Of a stretch of 64,000 nucleotides of DNA, positions 56,989 through 64,000 are shown in pieces (the stretch's first letter is position 1; each line of letters starts with the position of its first letter). The DNA comes from Candidatus Saccharimonadales bacterium. Its GTDB lineage: Bacteria; Patescibacteriota; Saccharimonadia; Saccharimonadales; DASZAF01. The notes under the pieces are model-generated. The model was not told where the DNA came from. It made no database searches and was given only the letters and a program-made list of their open reading frames with translations. Where the stretch lies: assembly GCA_035945435.1 (NCBI GenBank), contig DASZAF010000024.1, positions 3,578 to 67,577 of the forward strand, in the 5' to 3' direction. A program made the position numbers and the translations under genes.

Positions 56989-59553
56989 CTAACTTACCGC
57001 AAACCAGATAGGTCCACCGCCTGAAGCAAAAGTTATAGACGTCGGCGGGGTTGCGCCTGCTCCGGTCCCGAGCTGCGCACTACGTTGTGCGCTACCCGTA
57101 GCACCAAAGTTAACCGCCGTAGGTCCTAGGGTCGGATCACCACGCAGAAAGCTGCAAGAAGTCCCATTGTAATAGACAGCTGCCCAGTATTTCCCAGGCG
57201 TTAAGGTAAGTGATTGGCCACTAGCAACCGTGAGGGTTACCGTATTGCTCCCCGCTCCGTTCAACCCGACACTCGCCCAATTAGAGCTTTGATCAGCGGT
57301 GTAACCAAGTAACGTGCCACTCGAATTATAGATTAGGCCGTAGCATTGTCCGGAGGTAAGGGCCGAACCCGCAGTTTGGACATACACATAGAATTTGCTT
57401 ATTGTCGTCGACTGACGGATTTGAAAGGCGCTACCGCTGATAACGCCGGAGCCAGGGTTATAGCCTTGGTTCTGGAGCTGGAATGGGTCGCACGTCCAGG
57501 AAGCAAGACCGGAATCTGCTGGTTGCCATGAGCTATTAGTATTAACGGATGTAAGTTCAGCCCATGTCCCTGGACTTCCGGCAATTTTGCAGATCCAAAT
57601 ATTGGCGGTTTGGTCAATGATAAAGTCACCGACTGCAAACGTTCCCGAAGTAGGGGCACCCGAAGCCGTTGCACCTACATATCGGCTTGCAGCCGTTGCA
57701 CCAGATAAACCAGAAGCTACAAAAGTCGGTGAGCTCATCGTTCCAGAGACGGTCAGACTGTCGTCGGTCTGGAGTAGCCCGGCAGAGTTTCTGTATAGAT
57801 TCGTATCACCTGCGGCACTGCCCGACCCCCAAAGCAACTTACCATTTGAATCAATGATGAGTCTTTGCTGGGAGTCGGCGTTGACGTACACGCCAACCAC
57901 TTTGTCTCCTGCCGCATTCGCTTGAAGCATCGCAGAAGGAACCGATGGCGTTGAAATCGAGTTGATTAAGGTAAGAATCGCCGCAGATGCTTGTCCTGAT
58001 TGCAGCGTCAGTTTCCCATTCCAGCTGGGAGGGGCGGTATCAGTTCTCACGACTAGGGGCGGGAAATGGGTAAATAGATTCGAATTTGTCGTTCCGGAGC
58101 CGCCAAAATCGGTTAAGAAGTGCGGGACTCCCTGTCCAGTGCTGGCAAGATTTACCGGGTTCTGTACACCAACGTTGCCCAGAGCTACTACATTCGATTG
58201 GTACCTAGAGAGGTAGACGGACCCAGTGGCCGACCCACTCCAGTTGAGGTCATAGCAGTTTATACTGTTACTTGCACCTTGCCCGTTACTATCAAATGTG
58301 CACATGTTGAATCTAATATCCGACCCGCTACCTACGACTCTTGCCCCATCTGAGTAGTTATTGAAGAATCGGAAGTTCGTAAAGAAGCATTTGTGAGTAC
58401 CGTCACTACCGCTGTTGCCTACTGTTAGGGCAGTCAGTCCTTGTTGGGCTTCGCCTTGGACAAAACGAATATCCGTTGGAGATCCGTTAGCCCCGTTCTG
58501 GATGGTAATAATTGAATTCGTTCCACTGCCGTTTGGGAAACAGCCGAGGTCCATGTTCGTAAAATAGTGACTTGCGCAGTTTCCAACGATATTAATTGTG
58601 GAGCCGCTCGACGCGTCACTTATGGCGGCATTGAAGTTGACGGCCGTAATGTCATAGCAGTCTTGAAATCGAAAGACATCAAGATTGGCAGAGTTACCTG
58701 TTGCCGCACCAATCTGCTGAAAGTTGATATCAGACAAAAAGTGCTGCGCCCCCCAGCCAACATTGGTATTGCTCTGGATATGAATACCCCCAGCACAATT
58801 GAGGCCGCTCAAGCTTCGAAGCATCGTGGCAAATCCGGCGTTCACACTCGTTGCCACCGACTCTATACACCAGCCGTTAATGTACTGGAAGAAGACGTTT
58901 GAGACACGACAGTTTCGCCCACCTTGCAGTAGTATGCCATCGGCCACTGGGTTATTAGTGATGGTCGACGAAGAACCTATAATTGATAAGTTTTCAATGC
59001 CACAGTAGCCTGCGGTAACTGATATTACTTCAGCGCCAGTAAAGGTTGGGCCAATAACGATTTTGGTGGCATTTGGCCCATCGCCAGATATCCGAAGCCC
59101 GGTGGTGCCGATTGTCAAAAGCGTACTGGCGTTAAACAAGTAACTTCCAGCTGGTAGGTATACTGTCTGTCCCTGTGATGCAGCAGCTAGAGCGCTTGCA
59201 ATTGCCGATGAGTCGTCTGTAGTTCCGTTTCCTGTAGCTCCGTACTGTTTGACATTAATCCAATCAGTTGTGCCAACTAAGGTACTCCACCCAGCCGTAC
59301 TGCCGTTGGTCGCAGTGAGCACCTGTCCACTACTCGGAGTTCCAGTAATAGCAACCCCGTTAATCTTTGTTACTGCAGGATTAGAGTAAGTCCCGGATAA
59401 ATCACCAGCAGCTGAAGTCTCTTGTGTTATGACACCAGCACTCTGCAGCGCGCTCGGCAGGATTGTCCCATCTTGGTTCAAGGAAACTTCAAGAAAGTCA
59501 TTGAGGATGGTCCCCCAATTTCCCGAATCTCCTCCAACATCAGGCAGTCTGGC
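56989..59553 (-). CDS. large beta-helix protein (pectate-lyase-superfamily/tailspike-like), paralog of 25336..28731
   Basis: Start chosen at MARLPDVGGDSGNWGTILNDFLEVSLNQDGTILPSALQSAGV, ~75% DNA identity to the 5' end of 25336. WINVKQYGATGNGTTDDSSAIASALAAA motif. One copy of the shared repeat module and the SRYVGATASG.PTSGTF..GDF..DQT...WIC segment. Divergent C-terminus. Confidence 0.8.
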   Translation of the reverse strand, partial: ARLPDVGGDSGNWGTILNDFLEVSLNQDGTILPSALQSAGVITQETSAAGDLSGTYSNPAVTKINGVAITGTPSSGQVLTATNGSTAGWSTLVGTTDWINVKQYGATGNGTTDDSSAIASALAAASQGQTVYLPAGSYLFNASTLLTIGTTGLRISGDGPNATKIVIGPTFTGAEVISVTAGYCGIENLSIIGSSSTITNNPVADGILLQGGRNCRVSNVFFQYINGWCIESVATSVNAGFATMLRSLSGLNCAGGIHIQSNTNVGWGAQHFLSDINFQQIGAATGNSANLDVFRFQDCYDITAVNFNAAISDASSGSTINIVGNCASHYFTNMDLGCFPNGSGTNSIITIQNGANGSPTDIRFVQGEAQQGLTALTVGNSGSDGTHKCFFTNFRFFNNYSDGARVVGSGSDIRFNMCTFDSNGQGASNSINCYDLNWSGSATGSVYLSRYQSNVVALGNVGVQNPVNLASTGQGVPHFLTDFGGSGTTNSNLFTHFPPLVVRTDTAPPSWNGKLTLQSGQASAAILTLINSISTPSVPSAMLQANAAGDKVVGVYVNADSQQRLIIDSNGKLLWGSGSAAGDTNLYRNSAGLLQTDDSLTVSGTMSSPTFVASGLSGATAASRYVGATASGAPTSGTFAVGDFIIDQTANIWICKIAGSPGTWAELTSVNTNSSWQPADSGLASWTCDPFQLQNQGYNPGSGVISGSAFQIRQSTTISKFYVYVQTAGSALTSGQCYGLIYNSSGTLLGYTADQSSNWASVGLNGAGSNTVTLTVASGQSLTLTPGKYWAAVYYNGTSCSFLRGDPTLGPTAVNFGATGSAQRSAQLGTGAGATPPTSITFASGGGPIWFAVS

Positions 59554-59698
59554 CATGAGTATCAAAAACTCCCACGTTATCTGAAGCGGTTACGATTAAG
59601 TGTAGCATGGCGGGTAGTGGATAGAGGAGTGAGAAAGGTCATACGATAGGCGGACGAGCTGCCGTATACTGGTTATTTACTTTATAGTTAGACCCTAG

Positions 59699-60373
59699 AT
59701 GTCCGAGAATCGTCTTACTCGTATATACGAATACCTCAAAGAGGCACAACTAAGTCTCGGTGTATGTGCGCTCATGGCAGTCACGAATGCACTGGACAGG
59801 TCAGGGGCAGGTATGATGGTATATGCGAATAGCCCTTTGTCCGAACAAGCCATACGCGCACTACCGTCTGCACTCCCAACGCCAGTGACAACCGGTAACT
59901 TGCCCGTCGATATTGCTATCCAGGCTGCTGAAACGTTTGTTACCGCTGAAGTTGCCCGAAGAACCAGCTCAGCCAAGCAACTTCTTGGCGGTGCGGTAGC
60001 CGCACAAGTCCTTAGTTGTAGCGTTGACGCCGCCGTCGAGCGAACAGGCTGGTTAAACGCTGCGGAAAGAATGCAACCTGACGTCGGATTCTCAGCAATC
60101 AGTGCTGCCTGGCTAACTAAGTTCTTTCTTGATCGCGCTGAGCGCGCTAAAACACCACTGCGAAAAGGGCTTTGGCGACTAGGTATGGCAGCTTACGCAG
60201 GCACTATCACTCTCGGATACTACTTTATGGACAGAGCGAGTGGTGGAAAGCTGGATTTAACCTCGCACGCCTCTGGCATTGCTGTAGGAGTAGCAATGCA
60301 CGCGCTGGGGAAGCAGCCGGATAACCACGCCTATACTAGTGAACCTACAAACTCCATTGGGAATGGGGTCTAA
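59699..60373 (+). CDS. hypothetical protein
   Basis: 224-aa ORF with hydrophobic segments. No family recognised. Confidence 0.4.
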   Translation: MSENRLTRIYEYLKEAQLSLGVCALMAVTNALDRSGAGMMVYANSPLSEQAIRALPSALPTPVTTGNLPVDIAIQAAETFVTAEVARRTSSAKQLLGGAVAAQVLSCSVDAAVERTGWLNAAERMQPDVGFSAISAAWLTKFFLDRAERAKTPLRKGLWRLGMAAYAGTITLGYYFMDRASGGKLDLTSHASGIAVGVAMHALGKQPDNHAYTSEPTNSIGNGV

Positions 60374-60411
60374 GTATCCTAAAAGCGCAAGCGTTATAAT
60401 ACATTGCAGTC

Positions 60412-61323
60412 ATGCAACGTAAACCCTTTCTTCAAATTACGAAACAAAAATTAAGGACTATCCTGGGTTGCCTATGGCTACTTGATGGTCTTCTACAGCT
60501 CCAACCCAAGATGTTCACTAGTGGTTTCGCAAACCAAGTACTGGCTCCTGCGGGCCAGGGACAACCATCATTTGTTCACAGTGGCGTTCACTTAGCGGTA
60601 CATGCCGTCCTTATGCATCCCGCACTATTCGATGCCTGTTTTGCGCTCATCCAGCTCGCTTTAGGAGTGTTGATCTTGCGGAAGAAGACGATGAGATTTG
60701 GGCTTATTGGGTCGATCATATGGGGGTTGGCCGTCTGGTACTTCGGAGAAGGACTCGGTGGACTAGCGGGCGGACAGGCCATGCTGCTTACTGGAGCGCC
60801 TGGCGCTGCTCTACTCTATTCAATTCTGGCTCTTGGCATCCTACCCTCCTACGATAGGGACGAGCACGAGACTAATAGGCAGCCCTCGGATTGGCTCAAC
60901 TATGTATGGTTAGCCGTTTGGGCAGGAGGAGCAGTGCTTCTTCTTTGGGCAAGTCAAGGTGCGAGCTCGATGGTTGCGTCCATGATCAAAAGCATGGCGA
61001 GTGGGACACCACATTGGCTTGCAAGTGTTGATACACATACAGGCAATTGGGTAGCAGCACAAGGTAACTGGTTGCTTTTCGCCTCAATGACAGTATTTGT
61101 AGCTATTGGGCTCACGGCAGTCATGTCACGCAAATGGAAAATTCTTGGAGTCTGTCTGGGCTGTATCCTATCTGCCACGTTCTGGGTCGTCGGACAGAGC
61201 CTCGGCGGATACTACACTGGTCTAGCGACTGATCCGAACTCAGGTCCCCTGCTCATACTGTTGGGTATTACTATCCTCGGGACGAATGAGATACGGCTGG
61301 GTCTGTTTAACAGCTCCCCCTAA
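60412..61323 (+). CDS. hypothetical polytopic membrane protein
   Basis: 303-aa ORF with ~8 TMs. Confidence 0.5.
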   Translation: MQRKPFLQITKQKLRTILGCLWLLDGLLQLQPKMFTSGFANQVLAPAGQGQPSFVHSGVHLAVHAVLMHPALFDACFALIQLALGVLILRKKTMRFGLIGSIIWGLAVWYFGEGLGGLAGGQAMLLTGAPGAALLYSILALGILPSYDRDEHETNRQPSDWLNYVWLAVWAGGAVLLLWASQGASSMVASMIKSMASGTPHWLASVDTHTGNWVAAQGNWLLFASMTVFVAIGLTAVMSRKWKILGVCLGCILSATFWVVGQSLGGYYTGLATDPNSGPLLILLGITILGTNEIRLGLFNSSP

Positions 61324-61371
61324 ACCTAGCCTTAGGTTAAGGGGGATAGAGGTATGAGATATTGAGGGAGT

Positions 61372-62856
61372 TTACCTAATGGGACTACTATATCTTTCCC
61401 AGAATTGGAGCATGAGCGAACCAGGGCCTTGCGCATCTGTGCCAGTGATAGCAGTTGCCGGGCAAGTGAACGGCACGGATGGGTTGAAGCTGGTTGGTGA
61501 AGTATAGGCTGTTTCACCAGTGATCATAATACCGTCACCCAATGTCCAACCACCTAGCCCAATGTTGTTAGCCGCCAACATATTAAACAATTCGGGCACC
61601 AAGGTCGGTGCATTTACATTGCAAGTGTCGGGTCCTTCGTGGACGCCAAATTCATCGTCAAAAACTGGGACACTCTGTGCAATGGTTGCCCAGTCGGTGG
61701 TCCAGTCGGCCGGGGTATCATACCCACTCTTGAGATATGTATGTATAACATATACGATGCCGCTACCAGACAACTCATAGCTGCCGAGTAAGGCAAGAGA
61801 TTTGCCTCCAGTAACACCCTGTGCCAGTAGCAAGTTAGTGGCACCGGTTGCGCGAATGTCGTCCACTAGGGTCTGCATGCCAACGTAAGTGCCTTTGGGA
61901 ATCGTGCCTCCGTTCCTCCAAAGATTCCAGAGATCAGCTTGTGTGCCACCTACGTCTGTGGTGTCGAGACTGGGCTCATTAAACATATCAAACCAAACGT
62001 GATCATCGTTTCCGTAGACACCGGCCATCGTTTCCCAAAACGTGACAGTATCTGCCTGGGGAGATTGCTGTTTGGTAGTGTACTCGTATTGAGCACTGAT
62101 AATAACGTTCATACCGAGGCTCTCAGCATAACCGACCTCTTGCTCAATCGTTGACAAGTAGCCAGGTGTATCGTTATTTACCAAGTCAGGCTGAACTTGC
62201 ATGCGGATGCTATTAACATGCCAGAAAGAAGCTGCCGCGTTCATCTTAGCTTCGTCGGTCTGCACGGTGCTACTCCAGTTGGCGGCGACGCCGGACAAAC
62301 CAAAGAGCGTAATGTCTGATGGTAAATAAGGTTGGCCGTCTTCAAGTATCTGATTCCCCGAGGTTGTGTAGAGTGGAGGCGGTGCAGGTGCATCTACTTT
62401 TACTGTCACTGAAGACGCAGTTGTCCCGGCAGCACCAGTGCATCTTATAGCGTAGCTAGTCGTTGAGTTTGGTTTTACAACTTGCAAACCGTGCGTACTT
62501 GTTGAGGTTGTCCACTGCCCTGGGGAGGTCGCCTTACAGCTGGTGGTGTTCTTGCTGGTCCAAGTCAATGTATCACTCTGTCCATGATCGATCGACGGGG
62601 AAGAGGCCTTTGATAAGACAGTTGGCTTTGCCGAGATAGCCATACCTCTAAATAAAATTACACCGCCGATGATTGCGAGAACAGCTATAAAAAGCAGCAA
62701 CTGGTAAAGCGGCAGTTCTCTTCGTTTGGCAAAATCTCTGAATCCTGGCAGTGGTAATACAATTTTCTTATTTAGATATTTGCCGAAAAACATATGTAGC
62801 ACTTCTATTTTTGTAAGACCTCTGCCGAGTATTAAGTGTTGTAAACGTTTTGTCAA
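61372..62856 (-). CDS. membrane-anchored glycoside hydrolase family 5-like enzyme with N-terminal Ig-like domain
   Basis: 494-aa ORF. VWFDMFNEPS (GH5 NEP catalytic acid motif), N-terminal TM and a Thr/Ser-rich beta-sandwich-like segment. Start may be the internal MFFGKYL. Confidence 0.65.
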   Translation of the reverse strand: MTKRLQHLILGRGLTKIEVLHMFFGKYLNKKIVLPLPGFRDFAKRRELPLYQLLLFIAVLAIIGGVILFRGMAISAKPTVLSKASSPSIDHGQSDTLTWTSKNTTSCKATSPGQWTTSTSTHGLQVVKPNSTTSYAIRCTGAAGTTASSVTVKVDAPAPPPLYTTSGNQILEDGQPYLPSDITLFGLSGVAANWSSTVQTDEAKMNAAASFWHVNSIRMQVQPDLVNNDTPGYLSTIEQEVGYAESLGMNVIISAQYEYTTKQQSPQADTVTFWETMAGVYGNDDHVWFDMFNEPSLDTTDVGGTQADLWNLWRNGGTIPKGTYVGMQTLVDDIRATGATNLLLAQGVTGGKSLALLGSYELSGSGIVYVIHTYLKSGYDTPADWTTDWATIAQSVPVFDDEFGVHEGPDTCNVNAPTLVPELFNMLAANNIGLGGWTLGDGIMITGETAYTSPTSFNPSVPFTCPATAITGTDAQGPGSLMLQFWERYSSPIR

Positions 62857-62877
62857 TTACCTGACAGAGGATAGCGC

Positions 62878-63939
62878 CTAGATCGATTCCGCTCGTTTGC
62901 GCTTTTTCTGCAAGATATAATCACTAATCTCGCGGATTGCAGCAGCAGGATTGTCCCCAAAGCCATGACCCGTCCCCGGCCAGTCAGTCTCGATAAAATC
63001 TACTTGTGTCGGGTTGATGATAGCCTTTCGCAGATCAGCTGAACGAACTGCAGGGTCGGTTCTGCCACCAGCTATGGTGACACTCTGGCCATCAGTTAAA
63101 GGAATACTGGCGAGAGTCCTGTTCATATGCGCCCTCGCCATAGATTTCTGTTCCCTCCGCATAGAACGTAGAGACTGACGAGGCAACGGCGACGTCTGTG
63201 TTGTCTCTCCGCCAGGAACCTGACCATATTTCCAACGACGATGCGCGGTCCTGACACCTAAGCGTGCCGCACGAATATGCCTTCTAGTGTAACTTCTCTT
63301 ATCTTGCCCTCCTGGGTGTAAGAGAAGTACATCCTCGAAATTAGGGGTCTCAGGAGTAGCCGCAAGACGGGCCATCGTTTCGACCGTACGTATCGCTCCT
63401 CTTGACAATCCGACAAGGTCAACTTTATCAACCCCCAAGTCGCTCAAGGATCTCAGTAGATCTTGCGCCTGAGAGTGATCGATATGTGGGACAGCGTCGG
63501 GCAACCCCACATCAATACGCTTGGTCCTAACACCCTTCTTTCTGGTAACATGACGAACACCTATAACTTCTCTCTGACCCGCCTTGGCAAAATAGGTTAA
63601 GTACTGCTCAAGATCTCTATCTTGTCCCATACCCTGGACAAAGAGAAGTGGTGCCAAGGGTTTATTGGTACTCGGATCGTTCCCGACTTTACCCGGGCTT
63701 ATCGTAATAACTTCTCTATCAGGATATTCATACTTCCTTATGGAGGTCCAAGCATCGAGCGATCTTTCGACTACCGTGGGTCCGCTTGATAACTCGGTGC
63801 TTTGCGGTATTTCACGGCCATAGCGTACCCTGGCAGTTAGTCGGCCCAACTTTTCACCGGTTCGTTTTCGTCTCGCCAAGCGACCATCATCAGATCTCGT
63901 CTCTCCGTCAAGAGGATCGGTGTTGTTAATCGGAGACAC
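62878..63939 (-). CDS. alpha/beta-hydrolase-like protein with Arg-rich N-terminal region
   Basis: 353-aa ORF with nucleophile elbow VDLVGLSRGAI (GxSxG) and a LLLHPGG region. Confidence 0.5.
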   Translation of the reverse strand: MSPINNTDPLDGETRSDDGRLARRKRTGEKLGRLTARVRYGREIPQSTELSSGPTVVERSLDAWTSIRKYEYPDREVITISPGKVGNDPSTNKPLAPLLFVQGMGQDRDLEQYLTYFAKAGQREVIGVRHVTRKKGVRTKRIDVGLPDAVPHIDHSQAQDLLRSLSDLGVDKVDLVGLSRGAIRTVETMARLAATPETPNFEDVLLLHPGGQDKRSYTRRHIRAARLGVRTAHRRWKYGQVPGGETTQTSPLPRQSLRSMRREQKSMARAHMNRTLASIPLTDGQSVTIAGGRTDPAVRSADLRKAIINPTQVDFIETDWPGTGHGFGDNPAAAIREISDYILQKKRKRAESI

Positions 63940-64000
63940 CGTGGTTCTTTCAGTCTCGTCCGGTTCAATAGACGATATGGGTGGCAGCTCATCGACTTGC

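Noticed and set aside
25336-59553. The inverted beta-helix paralogs as boundaries of an invertible 31-kb segment
   Set aside because: Shared 5' DNA is only ~75% identical over ~130 nt, with many synonymous differences. This indicates ancient paralogy, not recent recombination substrates.
1-64000. CRISPR arrays, rRNA genes, transposases and integrases
   Set aside because: No short regularly spaced direct repeats, no rRNA-like conserved stretches, and no DDE/tyrosine recombinase motifs were seen in any frame.

Overview
Gene-dense 64-kb chromosomal window, about 50% GC, with most genes on the minus strand and many overlapping start/stop junctions. A housekeeping backbone is recognisable from protein motifs: partial LysM protein, mltG, ruvX, ftsA, alaS, mnmA, a cysteine desulfurase, tatD, metG, rsmA, pcrA/uvrD, tpiA, pgk and pyk. 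MetRS (492 aa) and AlaRS (680 aa) are unusually short, which suggests a reduced-genome lineage; this is inference only, and a CPR/Saccharibacteria-like organism is plausible but unproven. Interleaved accessory content is dominated by cell-surface and membrane proteins. There are two inverted paralogous beta-helix (pectate-lyase-superfamily, tailspike-like) giant proteins, one carrying ~96-aa tandem intragenic repeats. A 5-gene overlapping operon couples two giant FN3/FG-GAP/beta-propeller adhesin-like proteins to a type IV pilin-like gene, and the two giant genes share a ~1.1-kb 3' direct repeat. A trio of paralogous membrane-anchored coiled-coil proteins is interspersed with an HNH endonuclease. 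Two secreted phosphoesterase (PLC/AcpA-family) genes, a GH5 glycosidase and a PadR-PspC module are also present. A GC-rich (~60%) two-gene island of translationally coupled tandem paralogs interrupts the conserved alaS ... ruvX-mltG neighbourhood. No rRNA, convincing tRNA, CRISPR array or transposase was recognised. The candidates I consider most likely to be novel are the pilin-coupled giant adhesin operon, the GC-rich paralog island, and the variable-C-terminus membrane-protein trio with embedded HNH.
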